The notes under the pieces were generated by a model. That model saw only the letters and a list, made by a program, of their open reading frames with translations, made no database searches and had not been told where the DNA came from. DNA of 64,000 bases from Steroidobacteraceae bacterium (GTDB lineage Bacteria > Pseudomonadota > Gammaproteobacteria > Steroidobacterales > Steroidobacteraceae): assembly GCA_049964755.1 (NCBI GenBank), contig JBMFWZ010000004.1, positions 603-64,602 of the forward strand, written 5' to 3'. Made by a program: the position numbers and the translations under genes. Shown here piece by piece: positions 1 to 8,133 of the stretch (position 1 is its first letter; the number at the start of each line of letters is the position of its first letter).

Positions 1-106
1 TCTGCGCCGCTGCCGCGCGCCGCGCCGACCCGATTCCGCTCCACCACAGCACCCGTGCGCATCCCTTCGTCCCCGCCCCGCCGGCCGGCACCGCGTGTGC
101 GGCGCC

Positions 107-559
107 TCACAGCGACAGCGAATCGAGCTCCGAGGGCAGATCCGTGGTGGCCTCTTCCGTCTTCAGCCACTCATCGAGTCGCTCGCCCCAACGCGACTCA
201 TTCCACAACTCGAACCGGTTGCCCTGCCCGATCAGCATCCCGATGCGCTCGAGGCCGGCGAACTCGCGCAGCTCCGGCGGCAAGAGAATCCGCCCATGCC
301 CGTCGAGCTCCAGATCGGTCGCGTGGCCCACCATCAGCCGCTGCAGGCGTCGCGCCTGCGCGTGCAACGTCGGTAAGCTCATCAGCTTCGACTCGATGAG
401 ATCCCATTCGGGCAGTGGATAAATCAACAGGCAGCGATCCCGGTCCACGGTGACCACCAGTTTTCCCTGGGCGCGTTCGGTGATCTGCTCCCGATAACGG
501 GTGGGCATGACCATCCGGCCTTTGTCGTCCAGGGTGATTTTGGTAGCGCCGCGAAACAT
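107..559 (-). CDS. mraZ: Transcriptional regulator MraZ
   Basis: ORF 107..595 (-). From the internal Met the sequence MFRGATKITLDDKGRMVMPTRYRE...GHGRILLPPELREFAGL shows the duplicated SpoVT/AbrB-like halves typical of MraZ. GGAG lies 5 nt upstream of the ATG at 559, so 559 was preferred over the track start at 595. Confidence 0.9.
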   Translation of the reverse strand: MFRGATKITLDDKGRMVMPTRYREQITERAQGKLVVTVDRDRCLLIYPLPEWDLIESKLMSLPTLHAQARRLQRLMVGHATDLELDGHGRILLPPELREFAGLERIGMLIGQGNRFELWNESRWGERLDEWLKTEEATTDLPSELDSLSL

Positions 560-580
560 GGACTCCGAGCGAGGACTTAA

Positions 581-643
581 CCCATCCTCTCCCACTTTGT
601 CCCACTTCGTACCACTATAGGAATCGCGGGTGCGCTATGTCAA
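581..643 (-). promoter_or_regulatory. Putative Pmra promoter (TTGACA-18 nt-TATAGT) followed by four GTGG[GT]-type direct repeats at 10-bp spacing (MraZ operator-like)
   Basis: Read on the minus strand: TTGACA (643..638), 18-nt spacer, TATAGT (619..614). Then GTGGT (615..611), GTGGG (605..601), GTGGG (595..591) and ATGGG (585..581), each 10 bp apart, just upstream of the mraZ ATG. This matches the TGGGN-repeat arrangement known for MraZ autoregulation. Confidence 0.55.
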
Positions 644-879
644 TTGAATTAGCGAGAAAACGTCACAACCGCGTTGAGTTATGTCGAAACGCCGGCGTGC
701 GCCAACACGGCGTTTTTTGTCATTCGTCTTTCTAATCAGAAGCTTGTGACAGGAAGCTTATCCAGTGGATTAGCTGTGCGCAACGCCCGCCACGGCACGC
801 GTCGGGCGGTGTTTGATCCGTCTGCGCCGGGTCGGGTGCAGCCGCGCCGCGACCGCACCCCCACCCGCGGCGCGCGTCC

Positions 880-2118
880 TCACTTCGAGGGCAGAATCTT
901 GATCCGCCCGCCCTGCAGCCGCGCCCAGATGAGCGTGCGGTGCACGCGGCCGTCGCGCTCGATCCGCAGCCGGCCGGTCAGTCCGTTCAGCCTCAGTTCA
1001 CTCGGCGGCACGCCGTGCACGAACAGCGCCACCGCGAGGTGATACGCGTCGAAGCCGAAGGCGAACAGTCGGCCGCGGTCCGGCCCGCCGGCCGGCCAGG
1101 CGCGCGCGGTCACCGCACGCACCGCATTGGCGAGCGGATCGCCCAACATCCACGGCATGTCGAGGAAGCGCAGTCCGTCGAGATCCTGGTTCGCGGTCGG
1201 ATTCGGGGTGAACGCATCGGACGTCGAATACGTCGGTACGCCGTTGGCGTAGTAGAAGCGCAGCTGCGGCTCGAGCATCCGCTCGGTGGCCGCCGGCGCC
1301 GGGGCGAAGATGAATTGCAGATCCGCGCGCCGCCGCGGCACGAAGGCGAGCGGCACGCCGAGCAGCTGCTCGAGGCGCTGCAGCCGCGCGCGGCTCTGGC
1401 GGATCAGCAGCACCCGCTCGATCGGGCCGGTGTAATCGCTCGCCGTCAGATCGATGCGGGTCGTGGCGAGCAACTGCCCGCCCCCGGCGGCGAATCGATG
1501 CGAGAACGCGGCCAGCACGCGCGTACCCCACAGGTTGTTCGGCACGATCGCGATGCCGAGGCGATGCCCATCGGCGAGCACGCGTTGCGCCACCAGGCGC
1601 GCCTCGGCGGTCGGCGAGAGGGCGAACTGGAAAAAATGCGGCGGCGCGCGCACGCCACTTGGCAGGAAGTTCAGCGCCAGGATCGGCGGGCGCGGCTCGG
1701 CGGCAGCCGCGGCCGCCGCGACGTTCGCCCGCAGCAGCGGCCCGACGATCACGTTGGCCCCCGCTTGCGTGGCACGCTCGATGAGGGTGGCGATCGGCGT
1801 GCCATCCGCCGTGTCATAGAGGCGCACCTGCGGCCGCCGCTTCGGGGGCAGCTGGTAGTACGCGCTGAGGAAGCCGTCGCGCACACTGCGGGCCGCGGCG
1901 CTCAGCGGCCCGGTTTGCGGCAGCAGCAGCGCGATGCGCGTCTGTGCCAGTGCGCGCACCGGCGGGGCGAACTGGCGCGCTCGGCGCGGGCCGCCGCGAT
2001 GTGGCGCCGGGGCCTGTGCCACGCGGGGCGGCGGTACCGCCGTCGGGGGCGTCGTGACGCAACCGCCCAGCAGTGCGGCGGCCGCGCCGAATGCGGCCAG
2101 CAGGATCGATCGCTGCAT
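880..2118 (-). CDS. lpoA: Penicillin-binding protein activator LpoA / LppC-family lipoprotein
   Basis: ORF 880..2154 (-). The internal start MQRSILLAAFGAAAALLGGC has a lipobox (LLGGC). The body resembles a periplasmic-binding-protein-like LppC domain. It is divergent from rsmI, as yraM/yraL are in enterics. Confidence 0.7.
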   Translation of the reverse strand: MQRSILLAAFGAAAALLGGCVTTPPTAVPPPRVAQAPAPHRGGPRRARQFAPPVRALAQTRIALLLPQTGPLSAAARSVRDGFLSAYYQLPPKRRPQVRLYDTADGTPIATLIERATQAGANVIVGPLLRANVAAAAAAAEPRPPILALNFLPSGVRAPPHFFQFALSPTAEARLVAQRVLADGHRLGIAIVPNNLWGTRVLAAFSHRFAAGGGQLLATTRIDLTASDYTGPIERVLLIRQSRARLQRLEQLLGVPLAFVPRRRADLQFIFAPAPAATERMLEPQLRFYYANGVPTYSTSDAFTPNPTANQDLDGLRFLDMPWMLGDPLANAVRAVTARAWPAGGPDRGRLFAFGFDAYHLAVALFVHGVPPSELRLNGLTGRLRIERDGRVHRTLIWARLQGGRIKILPSK

Positions 2119-2183
2119 GGAGAACCCTTTCACTGTCGGTCCTTTTCGGGCCAAGATGATGCCCGCCGAACCGGCGCGCAGGA

Positions 2184-3050
2184 GTGATTATAGTGGCCAA
2201 GGTGCAAGGGCGGTTGCTGGTCGTGGCGACGCCGATCGGCAACCTCGCCGATCTCAGCGCGCGCACCCGTGCCGCGCTCGAGCAGGCCGATGCGATCGTG
2301 GCCGAGGACACGCGCCACACCCTCGCGCTGCTCGGCGCGCTCGGCCTCTCCCGCCCGCTGCTCTCACTGCACTCGCACAACGAGACGCAGCGCGTACCGC
2401 AAGTGCTGGCACGACTCACCGCCGGGGAGCACCTGGCGCTGGTCAGCGACGCCGGTACGCCGTTGCTGTCGGATCCCGGCTACGAACTGGTATCGGCCGC
2501 CGCCGCCGCCGGCATTGCGGTCGAGGCCATACCCGGCCCCTCGGCGATCACGACGGCGCTCGCCTGCGCCGGCCTGCCGGTGAGCCGCTTCTGCTTCGAG
2601 GGCTTCCTGCCCGCGCGCGAACGCGAGCGGCGCAGCACGCTCGAGAGCCTCGCCGCCGAGCCGCGCACGCTGGTGTTTTTCGAGGCGCCGCACCGGATCG
2701 CGGACATGTTGGCGGATCTTGCCGCCGTCTTCGGTTCCGAACGGCGCGCCACGGTGGCGCGGGAGCTGACCAAGGCGCACGAGACGCTCTACCGCGGCAC
2801 GCTCGCACAGTTGGCGCGGCGCGCGACCGAGGAGGAGCATTTCTGCCGCGGCGAGCTGACGGTGGTGGTCCAGGGAGCCCCGCAGGAAGCCCGGAACGTC
2901 GATCAGACGCTGCTGCGCCGCGCGGTGGACCTGCTGGTGAAGGAGCTGCCGCCGGGCCGCGCCGCGGCGCTCGCCGCGCAGCTCACGGGCGCGAGCCGCA
3001 GTGACGCCTACGCGCTCGTCCTCGAGCACGCGCAGCGCGAGCCGGACTGA
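2184..3050 (+). CDS. rsmI: 16S rRNA (cytidine1402-2'-O)-methyltransferase RsmI
   Basis: 288 aa. LLVVATPIGNLADLSARTRAALEQADAIVAEDTRHT and FFEAPHR are tetrapyrrole-methylase-fold RsmI signatures. Confidence 0.9.
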   Translation: MIIVAKVQGRLLVVATPIGNLADLSARTRAALEQADAIVAEDTRHTLALLGALGLSRPLLSLHSHNETQRVPQVLARLTAGEHLALVSDAGTPLLSDPGYELVSAAAAAGIAVEAIPGPSAITTALACAGLPVSRFCFEGFLPARERERRSTLESLAAEPRTLVFFEAPHRIADMLADLAAVFGSERRATVARELTKAHETLYRGTLAQLARRATEEEHFCRGELTVVVQGAPQEARNVDQTLLRRAVDLLVKELPPGRAAALAAQLTGASRSDAYALVLEHAQREPD

Positions 3051-3065
3051 GCGCGGCGCGCGAAG

Positions 3066-3552
3066 AATCGGGGTCGGCCTATAAGCCGGGTTCTGTCGCG
3101 CGGTGGCGCCGCAGAAACTGCGGCGCCACCGCGCGGGCAATCATTCCTCTACGATCCACGTCGCCGTGGACCTCCAGCAGCCTACCCGGAAGCGCGCGCG
3201 GATCAGCGCTGCGCATTGCGTTGCCGCAATCCGCTGCTTCCCTATTTGGCCTTGCTCCAGGTGGGGTTTGCCATGCCAGCCTTGTTGCCAAGGCCGCGGT
3301 GCGCTCTTACCGCACCGTTTCACCCTTGCCGTCCCGCCGCCCGGACCGACGAGCGGCCTGAGCGTGGGCTTGGGCGGTTTACTCTCTGTTGCACTTTCCG
3401 TGAGCACACACCTCACGAGGCTTTCGCCCCGCTGACGATGCGGCCCCCCAGGCGTTACCTGGCACCCTGATCCGCCGGAGCCCGGACTTTCCTCCCCCCC
3501 GGCCCTGTGACGGGCTGGGGCAGCGATTGCCCGGCCGGCTCCCCGACCCCAC
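3066..3552 (-). ncRNA. rnpB: RNase P RNA, bacterial type A
   Basis: The reverse complement contains the universally conserved blocks GGAGGAAAGTCCGGGCTC, CAGGGTGCCAGGTAACGCCTGGG, AGTGCAACAGAGAG, AAGGGTGAAACGGTGCGGTAAGAGCGCACC, GGAGCAAGGCCAAATAGG, CCGGGTAGGCTGCT and ACAGAACCCGGCTTA in the E. coli M1 RNA order. P1 can form between GGGGTCGG (3550..3543) and CCGACCCC (3077..3070). The ends are approximate. Confidence 0.9.
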
Positions 3553-3660
3553 CGGATAACAGAATACGCTCGAGGCTGCAATGACCCAGACTCGACCCGG
3601 CAGAGAGGAATCAGCCCAGCAGCCGAGCGCCGGATCGATCATGTGCCTGTTTACAATCCA

Positions 3661-4086
3661 TCATTTGAGAGCATCCCACGGATTCAGCAGTGGCACGCCG
3701 GTTGCGTGAAAGTCAGCGACGTTGCGAGTCACGATCGTCATGCCGTGGACAAGCGCCGTGGCCGCGATAAGCCCATCCCGGTAGGGCTGGGGGTCTGGCA
3801 CATGCCAGCGTGCGCTGCGTCGGGTAACGGCAGTATCAACCGGCAGAATGCGCTCAGCGAAGGTCGGTAAGACATGTTGATCGAGCCAGCTGCGCAAGAT
3901 TGCGCCTTGAGCAATGTCTTTTCGTTCCAGCTGCAAAACGCCGGTTTCCAGCTCCTGCACGACGATAGCCGAGAGGAAAAGGCTACTGTCCTGGACCGTT
4001 TGAACCCATGCGGCGACATTGGGATGAGCTTTGTGAGTCCTGGCTTTTCGCAGCTCAGAGACGACGTTGGTGTCGAGCAGGAACAT
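3661..4086 (-). CDS. vapC: PIN-domain type II toxin (VapC/FitB-like ribonuclease)
   Basis: 141 aa. MFLLDTNVVSELRK...IAATALVHGMTIVTRNVADF shows the PIN acidic residues and layout of VapC. Its ATG overlaps the upstream antitoxin stop (ATGA at 4086). GC is visibly lower than in the flanks. Confidence 0.85.
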   Translation of the reverse strand: MFLLDTNVVSELRKARTHKAHPNVAAWVQTVQDSSLFLSAIVVQELETGVLQLERKDIAQGAILRSWLDQHVLPTFAERILPVDTAVTRRSARWHVPDPQPYRDGLIAATALVHGMTIVTRNVADFHATGVPLLNPWDALK

Positions 4087-4343
4087 CAGGAGAGATCGAC
4101 CGGTCGGGCAAGTTCGCGCGAGCGCGGAAACTCAATTTCGATGTCCTCGACACCCGCCGGCCAACCCAAGGCATCAGCGATGGTCCGGCCCTGGCCCGTG
4201 ATGCGCTGGTATTCCTCGATGCTGAGCAGGACGTGGGCGGGCTTGCCCCGGTCTGTGATGAACACCGGCCCCTCTGAGGCGGCCTTCTTGGCGCGACTGG
4301 TGTCCTGATTGAACTCTCGGCTGGAGAGTGTGGTGATGGTCAT
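4086..4343 (-). CDS. Type II antitoxin, Phd/YefM-like (VapB partner)
   Basis: ORF 4086..4358 (-). Start at MTITTLSSREFNQDTSRAKKAASEGPVFITDRGKPAHVLLSIEEYQRI, a Phd/YefM-type N-terminal fold. GGGAG lies 8 nt upstream of the ATG at 4343. The gene is coupled to vapC. Confidence 0.8.
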   Translation of the reverse strand: MTITTLSSREFNQDTSRAKKAASEGPVFITDRGKPAHVLLSIEEYQRITGQGRTIADALGWPAGVEDIEIEFPRSRELARPVDLS

Positions 4344-4376
4344 GGATGGCACTCCCATTCACAGAGACGAACCTCG

Positions 4377-4396
4377 TTGTATAAACGTTACTACAA
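4377..4396. promoter_or_regulatory. Inverted repeat TTGTA-N10-TACAA (central AACGTT) upstream of the antitoxin gene; possible TA autoregulatory operator
   Basis: The sequence ttgtataaacgttactacaa lies about 35 nt upstream of the antitoxin ATG, read on the minus strand. Type II antitoxins commonly bind palindromes in their own promoter. Confidence 0.3.
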
Positions 4397-4631
4397 TATC
4401 CTCCTTTGGCCAATGCCTCTTTGCTTTCTTGGCTGCGCAGAGGGGTCAAGGCGCTGCCCCGCAGGCCGCGGCGCTGCGCAACCCACAGGACGAGCACAGA
4501 ACGGGTGAGGACGGCAGGCGCAGCCGTCCATTGACCCCTTGGAGCGGCCTTTACGCCATCGGACGCTCTTGCATAGCCCCACCCTGACGTACGCGCCAGG
4601 GGCGGTCCATTTCAAACTGACCGACTTCCAG

Positions 4632-5069
4632 CTATTTGACCACGCGAAGCTGCGGACGCTTCGGGCCACCGCCCTCTTCGCCCGGCCCGGGCTTCGGCCC
4701 GGCTCCCGGTCCGGGACCCGGCGCCGGTGAATCCGGTGGGGCCGGACTGGTGTCCTGATCCGGGAACATCATGCCCTCGCCAGTCTCACGTGCGTACACC
4801 CCCATGACCGCATGCACCGGGAAGCGCACGTGATGGATCACCCCGGCGAAGCGCGCATCGAACTCGACGCTGTCGTTGTCGATCTTCAGTCGCTGGGTGG
4901 CCGTGTAGCTGAGGTTCAGGACCAGTTTGCCGTCCTGCACGTACGCGTGCGGAATGTCCTCTCCGGCGCGAGCGGCATCGACGATCACATGCGGCGTGTA
5001 GCCACTGTCGGTGATCCACTGGTGCATGGCACGCAACAGATAAGGCCGCTTCGGGGGAGGCTTGATCAT
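4632..5069 (-). CDS. sspB: ClpXP adaptor / stringent starvation protein B
   Basis: 145 aa. PKRPYLLRAMHQWITDSGYTPHVIV...KLVLNLSYTAT, with a Pro/Gly-rich linker and a C-terminal LRVVK ClpX-binding tail. Confidence 0.9.
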   Translation of the reverse strand: MIKPPPKRPYLLRAMHQWITDSGYTPHVIVDAARAGEDIPHAYVQDGKLVLNLSYTATQRLKIDNDSVEFDARFAGVIHHVRFPVHAVMGVYARETGEGMMFPDQDTSPAPPDSPAPGPGPGAGPKPGPGEEGGGPKRPQLRVVK

Positions 5070-5081
5070 CGGCCCGGGCCC

Positions 5082-5681
5082 CTAGCGCCGCATCGCCCGC
5101 TCCACATCAGACAGGGCGCGCGCGAAAGCCGGCCGCGCGAAGATGCGGTGCGCATATTTGACGATGGGTTGGGCCTTCGGCGGCAGCTCGATCTGGTAGT
5201 GCGGCAACCGCCACAGGACCGGCGCGAGCGTCGCATCAACCAGCGAGAATTCGTCGGCGAGAAAGAAAGGCTTCAACTGAAACAGCTCAACCCCCTGCAC
5301 GATCGTGTCGAGGAGGATTCTGCGCAACTTCGGCAGCTGCCGCCGGTCCTCCCCCCGCTCGATCTGTTCGACGAGACTGTACCAGTCGCGCTCGATGCGA
5401 TAAAGCGCCAGACGGAACTGCGCCCGGGTCACCGGATCGACGGGCATCAGGGGCGGATGCGGGAAGCGCTCATCGAGATACTCGATGATCACCCGCGAGT
5501 CGTACAGGACCAGATCCCGGTCCACCAGCGTCGGCAGGGAGTGATACGGATTGAGGTCGAGCAGGTCCTCCGGGAGGCTTCCCGGGGCGACGGTGACGAT
5601 CTCCAGATCGATGTTCTTCTCGGCCAGCACGATCCTGGTGCGGTGGCTCCACAGGTCGGCCGGAGCGCAGAAGAGCGTCAT
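5082..5681 (-). CDS. sspA: Stringent starvation protein A (GST-like)
   Basis: Internal Met of ORF 5082..6281. MTLFCAPADLWSHRTRIVLAEKNIDLEIV...LNPYHSLPTLVDRDLVLYDSRVIIEYLDERFPHPPLMP gives 199 aa. The upstream 200 codons of the track ORF are Arg/Gly-rich junk. Confidence 0.9.
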   Translation of the reverse strand: MTLFCAPADLWSHRTRIVLAEKNIDLEIVTVAPGSLPEDLLDLNPYHSLPTLVDRDLVLYDSRVIIEYLDERFPHPPLMPVDPVTRAQFRLALYRIERDWYSLVEQIERGEDRRQLPKLRRILLDTIVQGVELFQLKPFFLADEFSLVDATLAPVLWRLPHYQIELPPKAQPIVKYAHRIFARPAFARALSDVERAMRR

Positions 5682-5830
5682 GATGGATCGTCTGCTCGAC
5701 ACGATACCGCCCCCGCCAGCCCGCCGGCTCCCCGGTGATTTTACCGTACCGGGGGGGCCTGCGTTGCCCATGGCCACCGCCCCACTGCACCCGGGCCGCC
5801 AGGCGCGCCGCGAATCCCTTCGCCGCCGCC

Positions 5831-6622
5831 TTACCGCACGTCCTTCCAGTACTCTCGATACAGCAGCCAGGCGAGCGTGGTGAAGACCATCAGGAACAGC
5901 ACCACCCAGACCCCGAGCCGATGACGCTCGAGGCGCGGCGGATCGCTCACGTAGTCGAGGAAATTCACCGTATCGTGCACGAACTGATTGAACTGCTGGC
6001 GCGTCATGCTGCCGGGCGCGATCTGGCGGAAGTGCGCGAACACCTTCCGCTCGATTCGCGTGCCCTTCGGCCCGGGCACCTCGACCGTGCGGTACACGGC
6101 GACCTTCAGGCCCTCGAGGGAGGAGAGCACGTCCGGCATGGCCACCGACGGATAGACGAGGTTGTTCACCCCGGTCGGGCGGCCCGAGTCGACGTAGAAC
6201 GTCTCGAGATAGCGGTACAGGTAATTGGTGCCGCGGTAGCGCGCAATCAACGATAAGTCCGGGGGCTGCTTGCCGAACCATTTGGCCGCATCGGCGGTCA
6301 TCGGCGAGATGATGTAGTCGCGCGAATTCTGACCCGGGGGGATCAGGTCCTGCTTCAGCACCGCCGGGGGAATCTTCAAGTCCTTGCCGAGCCGCGACCA
6401 GCGCTCGTAGCGCAGCGAGTGACAGCCCAGGCAGTACCCCACGAAGTCCCGAGCGCCGCGCTGCAGCGAGGCGAGGTCGGCCACGTCGGAGTGTGCCTGC
6501 CAGTCCTTCCAGTGCGCCCCGAAAGTCGCGCCCCCGTCGGCCGCCCGCGCCCCACCGACCATCGTGGCCCCGAGCACCGCGGCGAGCAGTACGCTCGCCC
6601 AGCCGCGACGATTAGTGCGCAT
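5831..6622 (-). CDS. petC: Cytochrome c1 subunit of the bc1 complex
   Basis: 263 aa with a signal peptide, the CLGCHS haem-binding motif and a C-terminal TM anchor. It overlaps the petB stop by 11 nt. Confidence 0.9.
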   Translation of the reverse strand: MRTNRRGWASVLLAAVLGATMVGGARAADGGATFGAHWKDWQAHSDVADLASLQRGARDFVGYCLGCHSLRYERWSRLGKDLKIPPAVLKQDLIPPGQNSRDYIISPMTADAAKWFGKQPPDLSLIARYRGTNYLYRYLETFYVDSGRPTGVNNLVYPSVAMPDVLSSLEGLKVAVYRTVEVPGPKGTRIERKVFAHFRQIAPGSMTRQQFNQFVHDTVNFLDYVSDPPRLERHRLGVWVVLFLMVFTTLAWLLYREYWKDVR

Positions 6623-7874
6623 GGTAGATCACCCTGTCGGGCACGGGCTTGACTCGCTCCCAGCGCGTGTAGAACGGCATGAGCCAGAAGAACGCGAAGT
6701 AGCCGATGGCGCACACCCGAGCGAGGATCACGTAGATCGGCTCCACCGGCTGCATGCCGAGATAGCCGAGCCCGACGAAGCTCACGACGAACACCCCGAG
6801 TGCCACGCGCGACATCCAGCCCTTGTAACGGATCGACTTCACCGGCGAGCGGTCCAGCCACGGCACAAGGATCAGCGAGACCAGCGCCAGCACCAGGAAC
6901 AGTGCGCCGAGACTCTTGCTCGGCACCGCCCTCAGGATCGCGTAGTACGGCGTGAAGTACCACACCGGATGGATGTCCGCCGGCGTCGAGAGCGGATCGT
7001 GCGGCGTGAAATTCGCCTTCTCCAGGAACAGTCCGTGGAAGGTGGGCACGAAGAACACCACCAGCGCGAACAGGATGAAGAACGCTCCGACCCCGAAGAT
7101 GTCCTTGACCGTGTAATACGGGTGGAAGGGAATACCGTCGAGCGGCTTGCCATCCGGTCCGAGCCGATCGCGGATCTCGATGCCATCGGGATTGTTCGAG
7201 CCGACCTGATGCAGCGCCACCAGGTGCAGCACCACCAGCAGCAGCAGCACGATCGGCACGGCGGCCACGTGCAGCGCGAAGAGCCTATTCAGCGTCGCTC
7301 CGGAAATGCCGTAATCGCCCCGAATCCACTGCGTCAGCGCCGGCCCGATGCCCGGAATGGTGCCGAACAGGTTGATGATGACCTGCGCGCCCCAGAACGA
7401 CATGTTGCCCCAGGGCAGCACGTACCCCATGAACGCCTCGGCCATCAGCGCCAGGTACACCAGCATGCCGATCACCCACAGCAGCTCGCGCGGCTGGCGG
7501 TACGAGCCGTACAACAGGCCGCGGAACATGTGCAGGTAGACAACGATGAAGAAGAACGACGCGCCCGTGGAGTGCATGTAGCGGATCAGCCAGCCCCACG
7601 GCACTTCGCGCATGATGAACTGCACCGAGCTGAAGGCCGCGCCCGGCTTGTAGTACATCGTGAGGAAGATGCCGGTACCGATCTGCATCACCAGCACCAA
7701 CATGGCGAGCGAGCCGAAGAAGTACCAGAAATTGAAGTTCTTCGGCGCGAAATAGCCGGTCAGTTCATGGGAAATGAACGAATCGACCGGCAGACGTCGG
7801 TTGATCCAGGCCCACAGCCCACGCTTGGCGGGCGGATCGGACGCTCGCACCGCTTCGGGATGCTCGGCACTCAT
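6612..7874 (-). CDS. petB: Cytochrome b subunit of the bc1 complex
   Basis: 420 aa. PKNFNFWYFFGSLAML...YMHSTGASFFF...PEWYF-like VWYFTPYYAILR are classical cytochrome b motifs. Confidence 0.95.
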   Translation of the reverse strand: MSAEHPEAVRASDPPAKRGLWAWINRRLPVDSFISHELTGYFAPKNFNFWYFFGSLAMLVLVMQIGTGIFLTMYYKPGAAFSSVQFIMREVPWGWLIRYMHSTGASFFFIVVYLHMFRGLLYGSYRQPRELLWVIGMLVYLALMAEAFMGYVLPWGNMSFWGAQVIINLFGTIPGIGPALTQWIRGDYGISGATLNRLFALHVAAVPIVLLLLVVLHLVALHQVGSNNPDGIEIRDRLGPDGKPLDGIPFHPYYTVKDIFGVGAFFILFALVVFFVPTFHGLFLEKANFTPHDPLSTPADIHPVWYFTPYYAILRAVPSKSLGALFLVLALVSLILVPWLDRSPVKSIRYKGWMSRVALGVFVVSFVGLGYLGMQPVEPIYVILARVCAIGYFAFFWLMPFYTRWERVKPVPDRVIYHAH

Positions 7875-8133
7875 TGATCACCCCCCGGCGGACCGGCGGC
7901 CCCGCTGGCTGCCCTCACGCATTCGGTCATCGGAAGAACCTCCCAATTTCCGCTCGGCTTCACCCGGCGCTGCGTTGCGCCCGCATTGTTCTTGCGCCTC
8001 TGTTGCGAAGCGGTCGATGCACTTCCCGCCCCGCCAGAGGTCCATGCATTATACACAAACCCCGCCCCGCTACCGGGAGGGGCGCCGCCGGCGCTCGAGG
8101 CGGACCGAGCAGATCGAGCCGGAGAGTACGCAC

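Noticed and set aside
1-106. The expected 5' end of rsmH (mraW) downstream of mraZ on the minus strand.
   Set aside because: None of the three minus-strand frames shows the RsmH N-terminal H-x-P-V-L...E motif within the roughly 100 nt available. The gene may start beyond the window edge, so it is not called.
940-2187. The 415-aa + strand ORF antisense to lpoA, and many similar long ORFs opposite recognised genes. Examples: 6564..7877 (+), 14144..15724 (+), 19478..20785 (+), 20545..21858 (-), 24579..25769 (-), 26134..27270 (-), 28853..30433 (+), 34703..35818 (-), 42480..43553 (-), 52326..53669 (-), 59573..60673 (+), 60725..62230 (+) and 62783..63850 (+).
   Set aside because: Their translations are Arg/Gly/Pro/Ala-rich with no family motifs. 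Each lies opposite, or out of frame with, a gene carrying unmistakable conserved motifs. Long stop-free antisense frames are expected in DNA this GC-rich.
3691-3705. A near-perfect sigma-54 promoter element, TGGCAC-N5-TTGC, on the + strand.
   Set aside because: It lies inside the vapC coding region, pointing antisense into it. No downstream gene or nearby enhancer-binding-protein site is present. A single 10-nt match is plausibly chance.
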